Source: a virus. From it: a DNA stretch of 62,133 nt. The stretch's first letter is position 1. Each line of letters starts with the position of its first letter. The notes under the pieces are model-generated. The model was given only the letters and a program-made list of their open reading frames with translations. It had not been told where the DNA came from and searched no databases. The position numbers and the translations under genes were made by a program. Positions 49,859 to 59,431 of the stretch are shown here, piece after piece. The stretch lies in IMG/VR virus record IMGVR_UViG_3300046747_000361. One strand, written 5' to 3'.

Positions 49859-51556
49859 TTATAGCGCCAGAGCCTCTATCTTTGCAACCCAATTCTTTAC
49901 GTTGCCTGACAAAAACTCCGACACGACTTCGAACACAGAATCACTAAAGCCGCCCACGTTGAGACGGTCAGGTGCACTCGTCGCTTGTGCCGAACTCATC
50001 GCTGCAATGTCGATGCACACGAGCTTGGCGTGTGGCGCGCGCTTCTTGAGCTTGGCCCATTCGGCCATCATCCCCGTCGTGTTGCTGTAGTAGCTGCCGG
50101 CCCACGATTCGTTGTCGCTCACGAAGATCACGACGTCAGGGTTGAGCCCGCGCTTGTTGAGCTCGATGAGGGGCAACTCGCACTGAGTGCCGCCCCCGCC
50201 CAGCTTCGCCAGCTGCTCTGCGAAGTTCATCACCGTCATGTTCTTTTGCGCCTCGGCGATGAAGCAACGGGTGTCGAAGGGCAACACGATCGACTTCTTC
50301 GACCTCTTCATGAACGCAGCTGTGAACAACGCCGCTGCGTCTACATATCGCACCTTCGTCGTTGCGCCCTTGCGAACGCCCGTAATCGGGCTGTTCATCG
50401 ACCCCGACACGTCGAGACAGATCGCGACGTTCGCGTCGAGGAAGGGCACGTTCTCAAGCGCGTGCTCCATCGCGTCATGAAGTGCCTGGACGATGAGCTC
50501 GGGCATCGTCTCCCCCGAGGGCGGCGTGAACTGCCAGGGCTGGGTCTTGGTCTCCTGCACGGCCAAGTAGGCCGACAAGATCTGGTAGGGGAAGGTCTTC
50601 GCCCGCTGTACGAGCTCCTTGTCGCGAAGCCGGTCGGCGATGAGCTCGACCATCGCGGGCTTCTCGAGCACGCCATGACGACGAAACGTGTTCAAATTCT
50701 TGACAGTCATCGTCCAGGACGCGCGAGCCGCGACCTCCGCCCATTCGTCATTCGACAGTCCGAGCGCATCTAGGAGCCTGAAATCAACGTCGGGCACAGC
50801 CCCGGTACGCGTCCGCTTGAACTCTTCGTACTGCTTGATGGTGTCGGGGAGAAGGTCTGCATTGTACCTCGTGACCGTGACAGACTCGCCATCGAGCGTG
50901 TACGGTAGGTCGAACTGCCGCTGACGCGCAATGATGGTGTTGAGGAGGGCCTTGTCTCGGGGCTTGCAGACCCGAACCAGATCGCCCGTGAGGTAGCCAT
51001 AGAGGGCACGACGAGCCGGGTCGTTCGGCTCGGGTCGCAGGCGCCGGATGACATACGCGAGGCTTGGATCTTCGCCGATACTGTCACGCAGGAGGGCCAT
51101 CGGGTGCCTGCGATTGAGCCAATCCTCGCAGAGGCGCCGGGGCTGGCTCCCGAAGTTCTTGCGACCCGTCACGCCAGAGCGGATGATCTGCACGAAGTTT
51201 CGAAGCATCTTGCCGTTGTCGATCACATGAGGGAACGCGCGACCGAACCACTGCGGGGTGTGTCGAGCAGCAAGCACGGCCAGCAGGTACGCCGGCATGT
51301 CCTTGAGCTTGCCCTGTTGCCGCGCATACGCAGCACACTTGGCGAGGAACTCATCGCTGACGCCCTCGGTGAGCTTCTTGACGTCGTCAAGTTGCTCAGT
51401 GGCTGCTGTGTAGTAGGTACTGCCGAAAAACCCAGTGGCTGCATACTGGGCGAGGGCCTCTTTGTTGGAGAGCGCGTAAGCGGCGCCCCCTGCCTTGTTT
51501 TTCACGACCTGTGGCGATAGAAGGGACTTGTCCACGATGCCCCCATCGTGGGACAC
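49859..51556 (-). CDS. rsr: Ro60-related protein (TROVE domain + vWA/MIDAS domain)
   Basis: N-terminal VKNKAGGAAYALSNKEALAQYAATGFFGSTYY (TROVE signature). C-terminal VAICLDVSGSMNSP (MIDAS DxSxS). 565 aa. Confidence 0.85.
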   Translation of the reverse strand: MSHDGGIVDKSLLSPQVVKNKAGGAAYALSNKEALAQYAATGFFGSTYYTAATEQLDDVKKLTEGVSDEFLAKCAAYARQQGKLKDMPAYLLAVLAARHTPQWFGRAFPHVIDNGKMLRNFVQIIRSGVTGRKNFGSQPRRLCEDWLNRRHPMALLRDSIGEDPSLAYVIRRLRPEPNDPARRALYGYLTGDLVRVCKPRDKALLNTIIARQRQFDLPYTLDGESVTVTRYNADLLPDTIKQYEEFKRTRTGAVPDVDFRLLDALGLSNDEWAEVAARASWTMTVKNLNTFRRHGVLEKPAMVELIADRLRDKELVQRAKTFPYQILSAYLAVQETKTQPWQFTPPSGETMPELIVQALHDAMEHALENVPFLDANVAICLDVSGSMNSPITGVRKGATTKVRYVDAAALFTAAFMKRSKKSIVLPFDTRCFIAEAQKNMTVMNFAEQLAKLGGGGTQCELPLIELNKRGLNPDVVIFVSDNESWAGSYYSNTTGMMAEWAKLKKRAPHAKLVCIDIAAMSSAQATSAPDRLNVGGFSDSVFEVVSEFLSGNVKNWVAKIEALAL

Positions 51557-51624
51557 CTACAGAGTGCGCGCAATCTTTTTCGTATGGGTTCCCACAGAAA
51601 AGAAATTCGGTAAAGTCACACCTC

Positions 51625-51984
51625 ATGAAGACGATACAGCTGGAGCTTCAGGTTCACGCGATCGACAGACCGGAAGGAATCTCGGACGACGACTGGGAAT
51701 GGGTTGCGGCACTCAAGACTCTGAAGATAGCTGCGGGTTATATGTATCTCGCTGTGTTTCAGGATAAGGACGACTGGCGAGTCTATGGCTACCTTCATAA
51801 GGGCGGCTTGTCTCCCTATTACGTAACTCGTAGCTCTGAGCGTGAGGCCCGCTCGTTCATCGAGCAGACGTTCCCAGAAGCGACTCACGCTCACAGTCTG
51901 GCGTTCATGGCCGCGCCTAGTTTTCGTGCGCTGTATCGTTGGGGCGAAGGCAAGGTAGACGTGAGGCAGGGGCACGAGTGCTGA
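51625..51984 (+). CDS. hypothetical protein
   Basis: Start reassigned to ATG 51625. Confidence 0.5.
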   Translation: MKTIQLELQVHAIDRPEGISDDDWEWVAALKTLKIAAGYMYLAVFQDKDDWRVYGYLHKGGLSPYYVTRSSEREARSFIEQTFPEATHAHSLAFMAAPSFRALYRWGEGKVDVRQGHEC

Positions 51985-52208
51985 TGTCTAGTCCGTTCAA
52001 ACAAGCACTGATGCGCGCAGGCATGGACGGGCCGGTACAAGTAAGACGTGTCTCACCAGGCGACACGATCATGCTGAGCGTGACTCACCTCAATCAGATG
52101 CAGCACATCGAACTGAGTGAACACAACGCGTCTCGCCTTATATGCGCGCTCGCGTTCATGATCGGACTGCCGATCTCGAACAAGGTACTAAAGGCAGTGA
52201 AGCTGTGA
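51984..52208 (+). CDS. hypothetical protein
   Basis: Start reassigned to ATG 51984 (TGATG overlap). Confidence 0.5.
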   Translation: MSSPFKQALMRAGMDGPVQVRRVSPGDTIMLSVTHLNQMQHIELSEHNASRLICALAFMIGLPISNKVLKAVKL

Positions 52209-52429
52209 CCGAGCTCGACTCCAAGTACGTAGAACTCGCAACACGTAACTCTCAACTCGAGCGTGAGCTACGTATAGCACTGCGAGCTAAAGAGGACTTG
52301 CAGGTAGCGCTGACCATCATCGATATGGCTTACAGTGTGCTCGACGCGAACGGTCCCGACGCGATCGTACGGGCGAAGGGGCTGCTCAGTAGCTACATTG
52401 AGGACCAGATGATCGCGAACGGTTTATGA
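52205..52429 (+). CDS. hypothetical coiled-coil protein
   Basis: GTG 52205 overlapping the upstream stop (GTGA). Confidence 0.45.
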   Translation: MTELDSKYVELATRNSQLERELRIALRAKEDLQVALTIIDMAYSVLDANGPDAIVRAKGLLSSYIEDQMIANGL

Positions 52430-52454
52430 ACGCTAAGGAACAAGGAACATCGTA

Positions 52455-52778
52455 ATGGCACAACAATCAGCAGCTCGTAAACAACAACCACTAGCTATCG
52501 CTAAGGCCCCTGACAACGAGGCACAGAAGCGCTTCAAGACTCAGTTGCTCTCTGAGTACTCACGCGGGCGGAAGAACCGCGCGCTCGAACTCAAGCTCAA
52601 CGACAAGAGCAAAGACGTGATCCATAAGATCATCGACCACTACGGGATGCCTTGGCTCTCAGAACAACTCGAGATGGCACCCCTCACGATCTACCGTGTG
52701 TTGGCTGGGTTCCAAGAGTCGTGCAGGCCGACAACACGTCAGCGGCTCAAAGAGTTCTTGGTCGGTTTCGATGGCTGA
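52455..52778 (+). CDS. hypothetical protein (possible HTH)
   Basis: ORF track. Confidence 0.5.
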   Translation: MAQQSAARKQQPLAIAKAPDNEAQKRFKTQLLSEYSRGRKNRALELKLNDKSKDVIHKIIDHYGMPWLSEQLEMAPLTIYRVLAGFQESCRPTTRQRLKEFLVGFDG

Positions 52779-53160
52779 GTCGGCACCCAAGCTCACGGGG
52801 CGACCGGGCTCTGATTTCATTCGCCAGCTCCCGCCCGATCTCACGATAGATGAAATGCTGACAGCCACGAATGCTGCGGGCTTTCCTCTGTCGAAGGCGC
52901 GCGTCTACCAGATCAGGCATGACGAGAACCTTGGCTTCAAGGCAGCCGTGGGGGGGCCTAAGAAGAAGACGAGGGCGACGAAGAAGAAGCGGAAGTACCC
53001 GAGACGCGTCACTGCACGTGAGGCGATCGCTGCTATCGCGCCGAAAGCGCAACCCCCAAGCGTCGACGCGAAGGAACAACTGCGGCGGATCGCGATGCGC
53101 ATCGGCTTGATCAGGCTCGCCGAGTTGATGCGCGAGATTGAGGCGGAAGTCGGGATGTGA
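52771..53160 (+). CDS. hypothetical basic protein
   Basis: Start reassigned to ATG 52771; KKKTRATKKKRKYPRR stretch. Confidence 0.5.
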   Translation: MAESAPKLTGRPGSDFIRQLPPDLTIDEMLTATNAAGFPLSKARVYQIRHDENLGFKAAVGGPKKKTRATKKKRKYPRRVTAREAIAAIAPKAQPPSVDAKEQLRRIAMRIGLIRLAELMREIEAEVGM

Positions 53161-53233
53161 GGAAAAACACCCGAGTGACGAGTCCCCCCAGCTCGTCACT
53201 CGGGACGGGCGATGCGAGCACGAGGACAAGAAC

Positions 53234-53437
53234 ATGTCAATCGAGATTGCGCTGATCCAGAAGACGAGTGACGGGTTCAAGCTCCTACACGTGGAGTTTT
53301 TCGAGAAGTCGATGACGAACTCACAGCCGACTGTGTTTTTCGCTACGATTGAGGAGGCGCGCGCAGTTCTCCAGGAAATGTTCCCGAACATGCGACGTGT
53401 GCTCGACGCGAGTAAGCACGGGGAGCTGTGGGCGTGA
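53234..53437 (+). CDS. hypothetical protein
   Basis: Start reassigned to ATG 53234. Confidence 0.45.
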   Translation: MSIEIALIQKTSDGFKLLHVEFFEKSMTNSQPTVFFATIEEARAVLQEMFPNMRRVLDASKHGELWA

Positions 53438-53742
53438 CAGAGGTCTCGTATGCCTTCTACTGTGGGGCGATTGTCGCCGTCTCGGTAGTTATGCAGGCGG
53501 CCACGCTCATGTTCGAGGAAGTGCGACGGCTTCCACTTTGGGCTGCCGGTATCTTCTGGGTGACGACTTTCGTGTTTCAGCAGGCGCACGATTACTTGGG
53601 TGTGTCGTGGCGGGGCTTGTATGTGGGCTCGTTCTTCTACTTCGTGCTGACGCTGGCAGTCGGTGAGTACTTCTCACGTCGACGCAAGCGTAGGCACAGG
53701 GCGAAGATGGCTGAGTACGAGCGCAGGTTTGAGCATGAATAA
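53428..53742 (+). CDS. multi-pass membrane protein
   Basis: 3-4 hydrophobic segments. Start GTG 53428 or 53434. Confidence 0.5.
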   Translation: MGVTEVSYAFYCGAIVAVSVVMQAATLMFEEVRRLPLWAAGIFWVTTFVFQQAHDYLGVSWRGLYVGSFFYFVLTLAVGEYFSRRRKRRHRAKMAEYERRFEHE

Positions 53743-54025
53743 GCGTCGAGGGCTCGGTCTTCTCTGCCATCACTGCGGCGAGTCCTTTGCGCCGTCCGAG
53801 TACGGGCACATGAGCTATTGCCTCGAGCCAGGCGGATGGGCTTGCATCGCCCGTCACAGGGAGTGCGATCTGCGTATGGTACTTGGGTCGGTCGGGCATC
53901 TCGAGGGCAAGTGCTCGTGCTACGGGGGCGATCAAGAAGACCCGCCCGAGCTTTCTGTGCGAGATGCAGCACGCGCGGCTGTTGCGATATGGGAGGAGGC
54001 GAGACGTGCTCAAGATCACGATTGA
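53735..54025 (+). CDS. Cys-rich hypothetical protein
   Basis: Start reassigned to ATG 53735; CHHC...C...C...CSC. Confidence 0.45.
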   Translation: MNKRRGLGLLCHHCGESFAPSEYGHMSYCLEPGGWACIARHRECDLRMVLGSVGHLEGKCSCYGGDQEDPPELSVRDAARAAVAIWEEARRAQDHD

Positions 54026-54242
54026 GCTCTGGCCCTTCGGCGACGACACACGCCGAGTCGTCATCGCTGAGGCTGAGATCTGGAACGACGGCAACCATCC
54101 TCATCGCCCTCTCTTCGGTGCGTACAAGGGCGTGTTCCACACGACCGGTGCCAAGACGCTGTACCTTCAGGTCAAGGACCACGAGCGAGTGCTAGGAGCG
54201 TGGTCGCTGCTGGGCAAGTTCCTTTCAAGCCACGTGCCGTAG
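54006..54242 (+). CDS. hypothetical protein
   Basis: GTG 54006; 3' end overlaps the convergent recombinase gene by 18 nt. Confidence 0.4.
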   Translation: MLKITIELWPFGDDTRRVVIAEAEIWNDGNHPHRPLFGAYKGVFHTTGAKTLYLQVKDHERVLGAWSLLGKFLSSHVP

Positions 54243-55907
54243 GGGTACGCGCAGATGCACAACGGGAACGTCCTCTGGGCGGATAACCGACCACAGGTCT
54301 TTCCCGTCTGTGCTCCTCGGCGGGCGGCGAGCGTCACAGTCGGGATCGCCCAAGAGTGCCGCTGGGCTGACTTGAGCTGTCAAGCCCTCACGCGAAAGCT
54401 GCATTTGCCCGACTAGCAGCGTCTGCAGGACTTTCCGCGCCAGTTGCGGTTCCGTTGAAAACGCGTCCACAAGCTGAGTCACTTGGGCCTGTGCTAGCGC
54501 CTCGAGTTCGTCGAGGCTCGACAGGGCAAGTTCCGCAGCAGCAGGGGCCACGGCTAGCTGTTGCTCAACCGCTTTGAGACGCGCGTTACGTTCCGTGATG
54601 GCAGTCACCAGGGCATCGGCGCTGTCAGTCGCCGCGAGAGCTGCAGCGAGGCGGCCTAGCTCTTGCTTGAGCTTCTTCGCCTCGAGCTCGAGGACCGCTC
54701 GTTCATCGGGCGCCTTGTCAATACGTTTCGCGAGAATCTCACGTAGCATGCCAAAACATGAGCTCACCACCGAGGGTGCAAGTGCGTTCTGCACAGCAAG
54801 AGCCAACTGCCCGTCAACCCCCTTCATGTCGACGATCGCATTGTTCGTGCATGCAGCTTTGCCGTGATCCCTATAGCGACCGCAGATGTACGAGAGGTTG
54901 TCGCGCTTGCTGCGATAAATGCGCTTGCTCCCGTAAATGGGGCCGCCACAGGTCGCACACCGAGCGAGCCCGACGAGCAAGTACTTGGGCGCGTGGCCCT
55001 TACGGCTAACCGCATTTCCGTATCGAGGGTTTCGAGCGAGCCGCGCTGCAACCGCGTCCCACAAATCCTGAGAGATGATAGCCGGGATGGGATTGACCAC
55101 GTGCTCAGACGCATCGAGACGTACGCGTACCTTCGTACCTCCCCGGTACATGTCCTGCGTCTTTCCACGAACGAGCCGTCCGATATAACGCTCTCGTGTG
55201 AGCAGTCCACGCACCGTTTGCCTCGACCACAGCGCCGCTGATTGTTCACCGCGACGATTGGGGGGTGCTATGTGCTGTGCGTTGAGCTCGTGCGCGATCT
55301 CCCGCAGACCTGCGCCATTAGCGTAGGACGAGAAGATTCGCCGCACAATCAGCGCTTCATCCTCTCGCACAACAAACTGCTTGTCGATCGTCTGGTACCC
55401 GTACGGAGCACCGCAAGTGGCAAGACCTTGTTTTGCTTTGTCTTGCAGGTGCTCGCGTGTACGGTCGCTTGTCGTCTCCCGTTCGGCTTCGTCCTTGTAT
55501 CCAAGAACGTGGACGATCAACCGATCCTGTGCCGTGGCCAGCTCGACGACTTGCTTTGTGCGATAATAGACGACTTGGCAACCGCACTCGCGCAACTCTT
55601 GGAGAAGCGCTGCGGTTCTGACCATGTCTCCGCCAAGTCGGCTGCTGTCTCGAACAACTAGAACCTTGAACTCGCCCCGTTTGGCGGCGACCACAAGTTT
55701 GTTCAGGCCATGACGCTTGACGAATTCGGCGCGGGAAATGCCGTCGTCTGCGATCTCAAGTACGACCTTGTATTCCTGTTCAGCACAAAAAGCTGTTCCG
55801 CCGTTGTGCTGGACGTCGAGAGAGTCTTCTTGCCCCTCGTCTTTGCTACGTCGCCCGTACAGGCAAGCTAGCGTCCCTGGCGGCGGAAGAAGGTGTGCTG
55901 CTCTCAT
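54225..55907 (-). CDS. large serine recombinase (integrase)
   Basis: LYGRRSKDEGQEDSLDVQ (Y-x-R-x-S), VLVVRDSSRLGGD, recombinase domain, zinc ribbon CATCGG...CGRYRDHGKAAC, C-terminal coiled coil. Confidence 0.85.
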   Translation of the reverse strand: MRAAHLLPPPGTLACLYGRRSKDEGQEDSLDVQHNGGTAFCAEQEYKVVLEIADDGISRAEFVKRHGLNKLVVAAKRGEFKVLVVRDSSRLGGDMVRTAALLQELRECGCQVVYYRTKQVVELATAQDRLIVHVLGYKDEAERETTSDRTREHLQDKAKQGLATCGAPYGYQTIDKQFVVREDEALIVRRIFSSYANGAGLREIAHELNAQHIAPPNRRGEQSAALWSRQTVRGLLTRERYIGRLVRGKTQDMYRGGTKVRVRLDASEHVVNPIPAIISQDLWDAVAARLARNPRYGNAVSRKGHAPKYLLVGLARCATCGGPIYGSKRIYRSKRDNLSYICGRYRDHGKAACTNNAIVDMKGVDGQLALAVQNALAPSVVSSCFGMLREILAKRIDKAPDERAVLELEAKKLKQELGRLAAALAATDSADALVTAITERNARLKAVEQQLAVAPAAAELALSSLDELEALAQAQVTQLVDAFSTEPQLARKVLQTLLVGQMQLSREGLTAQVSPAALLGDPDCDARRPPRSTDGKDLWSVIRPEDVPVVHLRVPLRHVA

Positions 55908-56058
55908 ATTTCTCAGCGTACTTTTTTATGGCGACGGCGCAAAGCAACTCTGCTAGGGCGCGCGCGAAAGCCTCCTGCTGTTCGGGCGTAAGTGTCTCGA
56001 ACGAAAACGCTTGACAACTCATCGCGCCAGCCACCCAGCCACGTCGCTTGCGCGCCAC
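55846..56058 (-). CDS. hypothetical protein
   Basis: ORF track; start uncertain; overlaps the recombinase start. Confidence 0.35.
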   Translation of the reverse strand: MARKRRGWVAGAMSCQAFSFETLTPEQQEAFARALAELLCAVAIKKYAEKYESSTPSSAARDASLPVRAT

Positions 56059-56231
56059 ATCAGTTTCTTGCCCACGCCGATAGGTGCCGGCAACTTCCCA
56101 CGCGAATGCCTGAGCCGAATCGCGGCGGGGCTCGTCTTGAGCAACGCCGCGAGTTCATTGACTGTCAGCAGCTCAGGGAGCCGGGGCTGCGCTTCCAACT
56201 TCGCAAGTCGATCGAGTATTTCCTGGATCAT
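56019..56231 (-). CDS. AlpA/Xis-type (MerR-like) HTH DNA-binding protein, excisionase candidate
   Basis: LLTVNELAALLKTSPAAIRLRHSRGKLPAPIGVGKKLMWRASDVAGWL. Confidence 0.55.
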   Translation of the reverse strand: MIQEILDRLAKLEAQPRLPELLTVNELAALLKTSPAAIRLRHSRGKLPAPIGVGKKLMWRASDVAGWLAR

Positions 56232-57321
56232 AACTCATGCTCGGCATCTTCGCGATCGCAGCCTTGAGGGTCTTGGACGCAGCGCGCCCGTAGACCTGGC
56301 GGACCATCGTGATGTCCTCGTGCCCTAACAAATCGGCACAATCCTCGAAACTCACACCAGCATTACGCATCAGACTACAGAACGTTCGGCGAAGGTCGTT
56401 GAACGTGAGCCTTGCCGGTAACGTCTCGTCGAGGTCGGCGTCAGCTGCTACTAACTTGGCTCTGGCACGCTTCCAAGCAGCGTTGATGTCGCGATTACCG
56501 CTATGCCACTCACTGAAACCGTCCGTGCGTCGCGTCAGTACCGAGACCATCACATCGTTCAGGGGCAAAACACGCTTGGCGCCTGTCGTCTTGAGCGTGA
56601 TCCTGTCGAGCTCGTCGACGTAGAGCTCACGCTTGGTCAGGTTCACACGGCCGCGAGTAATCGTGAGCAGCTCACGGCGACGCAAGCCCGTATTGACGTA
56701 GGCTAGAACGTCGTCGCGGCGGGTCGGGTCGAGCTCGTCAAGCAACGCGAAAATGTGCACGACTTCCTCAAGCCACGAGTCACCAGGCGTATAGAAGTGC
56801 TTACTGTTCACGAACCCAGCAACCTTGTATTTGCTTACGTCGTAGCCGGCGAGGCGTAGAGCTTGCCTGAGCACACGATGTTCCTTCTGGATCGTGTGTC
56901 GGTCTGCGCCCTCGCCGAGACGTGCGATCGTGTAAGCATCAAGATTGATGTCGGCGACGTTACTCGGCAATAACCGTAAGAGATGCGCCGCTCTGTCCGT
57001 GTGGAAGCGCACAGTGTTCGGGCGCGCGTTGCTGAGTACGTCGTGACCGGCGAGCAACGCGAACGCACCAGCAAGGGTGCAGGGGCCTTTTACAGGCTTC
57101 GCAACAGGACCCGCGGCGCGTTCACGTTCGATCGTCTTGGCCGCATTGAGTGCAGCTTCAAAGTCAGTCTGATGTGTGGTCGTCTCGTATCTTACACCCT
57201 GGTAGTCGTAACCCCAGAATGTCCAGACCTTACAACCTTTTCGCTTTCGCAACCGTTTTTTTAAAGGGCTTCTCTTTTCCACGAGGTTGAATCTGAGTGA
57301 TTGTGGAAGCGTCATCAACAT
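56173..57321 (-). CDS. tyrosine recombinase (phage integrase family)
   Basis: TGLRRRELLTI (Arg I), FNDLRRTFCS (H/x-x-x-R), LLGHEDITMVRQVYG (His, catalytic Tyr). Start uncertain (57321/57315 or later). Confidence 0.85.
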   Translation of the reverse strand: MLMTLPQSLRFNLVEKRSPLKKRLRKRKGCKVWTFWGYDYQGVRYETTTHQTDFEAALNAAKTIERERAAGPVAKPVKGPCTLAGAFALLAGHDVLSNARPNTVRFHTDRAAHLLRLLPSNVADINLDAYTIARLGEGADRHTIQKEHRVLRQALRLAGYDVSKYKVAGFVNSKHFYTPGDSWLEEVVHIFALLDELDPTRRDDVLAYVNTGLRRRELLTITRGRVNLTKRELYVDELDRITLKTTGAKRVLPLNDVMVSVLTRRTDGFSEWHSGNRDINAAWKRARAKLVAADADLDETLPARLTFNDLRRTFCSLMRNAGVSFEDCADLLGHEDITMVRQVYGRAASKTLKAAIAKMPSMSYDPGNTRSTCEVGSAAPAP

Positions 57322-57865
57322 GACCGTCCAGGATCGCCAGAACATCCGTGTAATTCTGAGCGACGAACGCGGCGAAGTTTGAGAACTTCGTATTCCACGG
57401 CTGCAGGTAGAGCACGCCGCGTTCGGGCGTCTTCTCCATGTTCTCCCACTTGTCGTCAATCAGCCAATCGCCCGCGATCAAATCCTTGTCGTGCGTGAAC
57501 ACGATTCGATAGTTGCGCCGATTGAGGAAGTGATCGAGCACTCCGTAACGCGCCTCTACCCAGTGATCGAGGCCCCGCCAAGGCGCAGTTGTGAATACGA
57601 CCTTGTTCTCAAACCCCAGATGCTCGACGAACGACTGTGCTTGCGGGTAGAACGGGATGTGGTACCCGATGCGATCCTTACGGACGAGCATCTTGTTGAT
57701 GAACTCCCATTCACTCTTCGTGAGTTCCATCGCATCCTTGAAGTCGTAAGACTTCCACGACTCGGGCGGTGGCACCTTCCGTGCGAGCATGCGCTGCACG
57801 AACTTGTGTAGCGTCGCGGCGAGGTTGAGAACTACGCCGTCGCAATCAAGCAGGATTGTTTTCAT
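57230..57865 (-). CDS. 5'(3')-deoxyribonucleotidase (HAD superfamily, NT5C-like)
   Basis: ILLDCDGVVLN (DxDxV motif I), TTAP, WLIDDK. Confidence 0.65.
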   Translation of the reverse strand: MKTILLDCDGVVLNLAATLHKFVQRMLARKVPPPESWKSYDFKDAMELTKSEWEFINKMLVRKDRIGYHIPFYPQAQSFVEHLGFENKVVFTTAPWRGLDHWVEARYGVLDHFLNRRNYRIVFTHDKDLIAGDWLIDDKWENMEKTPERGVLYLQPWNTKFSNFAAFVAQNYTDVLAILDGHVDDASTITQIQPRGKEKPFKKTVAKAKRL

Positions 57866-58079
57866 AGGCGTGCTCTGTCACTTCGATGTCAGGTTGATCA
57901 TTGCCGAGACGCGCGAACACGTCCGCCGCCTTCTCGAACGCGTCGCCCGCATGGACTACCGCTCGATAGATCGTCAGCGCTTCTTGAAACACCGTCCCTA
58001 CGTTCTCGGCAGCCGTGAGCTTCATGAGCTCCTGCACGCACTCGTCCGCAGCCTTGTCGAGGATAAGTCGGATCATCAT
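57846..58079 (-). CDS. hypothetical protein
   Basis: ORF track. Confidence 0.5.
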   Translation of the reverse strand: MMIRLILDKAADECVQELMKLTAAENVGTVFQEALTIYRAVVHAGDAFEKAADVFARLGNDQPDIEVTEHAYENNPA

Positions 58080-58150
58080 GATTTAAACCACGCAATAGCA
58101 AGAGCCACGATCATTGCACCAGTTGCGACCATGCCAATCATAGTTTCCAT
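58076..58150 (-). CDS. 24-aa hydrophobic peptide
   Basis: METMIGMVATGAMIVALAIAWFKS. ATGA overlaps at both ends. Confidence 0.3.
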   Translation of the reverse strand: METMIGMVATGAMIVALAIAWFKS

Positions 58151-59322
58151 CAGAACATTCCCTTGTAGACCTGGCGCGAACGCCCCATCAGTTGGTTGAG
58201 TACTCCGCGACCTTCGTTCGTTTTCGTCTCGAGGTAGAAGTGCTTGATAGGCGCGATCAGTTCGAGCTGAGCGACAAGTTCCATCGCGATCATTGGCGGT
58301 CCCTTCGCGAAGTCAGCGAGCAGCGCATGGTCGAGCCCCCGGTCGGTCGCTACTTCACGCTCTGCCTTGTGCACGAATGTGTGCCCGAACACGACTGGTT
58401 CGTCGGTTTTGAACAGTGGGAAGCAGTCAATGTAGAGGTTCTCGATGAGATACTCTGGAGATTGTTTTACGTCTACTGGGATGATAGCTAGTTCCACGGG
58501 CTTTACTTTCAACGAGAACTTCGACGTCTTGGCGTGACAGGTTTTGTAGTGTGGGCACCCGTCAGGCGGGAACTTCTTACACGGTGAGTCCCAGAACGCG
58601 AGCGCGTTGTCTGGCAGTGGGAACGACATTGGGTCCGTGCCAGGTGCAACGCTCGCAATCTCTTCGGCGGCCGTGAGCACATGCAGCTTGAACGCTTCCG
58701 TGTCGCGTGCCGGCTCGTTACGCAGCAGTGATGCCCTGACTTCGTAGGGGATAGCATCTGGGTCCTTCTTCGCGCCCTCGCTGTTAGCAAAGGTGCCAGT
58801 GAGCCAGAGCGAGTACTCGGTCTCTGGATACGCCGCCCAGTAGACAAGCCGTTGCACGTCAGTCTTGAGCTTGAACGGAGTCTTCGCGTACTTGAGCAGT
58901 CCGCCCGTTGTCTTGTAGTCTAGAATGTACTTCGCTGATAACCGATCGACTACGCCCTTGAAAGGTATACCGAACAGTTCTTTGACAAAGTCACGTTCGA
59001 ACTCTGGATTGGGGTCGCCTGGGTTCTTACGCCAGAGCGCGTGAGCCATGCGCGTGAGGTCGTAGACAACGATGCGTTCCTCGCCGTCGCTACCGATCTG
59101 TGTCGTGACCCACTGTTCAACTACAGCAGGTTCACCGTCACCAGCTTCCTCGAGTAACGCATGAACACGTTTGCCGGCTTCAGTTGCGAAGCCGCCTGGG
59201 TCTCGGTCATCGGCGAGGTACGCGAACGCCCAGCGGCGCCGGCACATCGTCCATAACTCGATGGAGCTCGCGGAAATAGGTCGCATTGTCTTGTAGTAGC
59301 CACTCGGGAATTCCGGAATCAT
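58150..59322 (-). CDS. PD-(D/E)XK nuclease, Cas4/RecB-like with Cys cluster
   Basis: SASSIELWTMCRRRW, VVDRL...ILDYKTTGG (D...D-x-K), QRLVYWAAY, C-terminal CKKFPPDGCPHYKTC. Confidence 0.75.
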   Translation of the reverse strand: MIPEFPSGYYKTMRPISASSIELWTMCRRRWAFAYLADDRDPGGFATEAGKRVHALLEEAGDGEPAVVEQWVTTQIGSDGEERIVVYDLTRMAHALWRKNPGDPNPEFERDFVKELFGIPFKGVVDRLSAKYILDYKTTGGLLKYAKTPFKLKTDVQRLVYWAAYPETEYSLWLTGTFANSEGAKKDPDAIPYEVRASLLRNEPARDTEAFKLHVLTAAEEIASVAPGTDPMSFPLPDNALAFWDSPCKKFPPDGCPHYKTCHAKTSKFSLKVKPVELAIIPVDVKQSPEYLIENLYIDCFPLFKTDEPVVFGHTFVHKAEREVATDRGLDHALLADFAKGPPMIAMELVAQLELIAPIKHFYLETKTNEGRGVLNQLMGRSRQVYKGMF

Positions 59323-59431
59323 CGCGGTAAGTCACAGGCTCGTCGTCGAAATAGTGCTCTACGGGGTAAACGTGCATCCCGTAGAGATCCTTGAACGCGT
59401 CGCTGAGAGGCATCGTGTCCCAAAACGCCAT
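59207..59431 (-). CDS. hypothetical protein
   Basis: ORF track; overlaps the nuclease 5' end. Confidence 0.4.
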   Translation of the reverse strand: MAFWDTMPLSDAFKDLYGMHVYPVEHYFDDEPVTYRDDSGIPEWLLQDNATYFRELHRVMDDVPAPLGVRVPRR

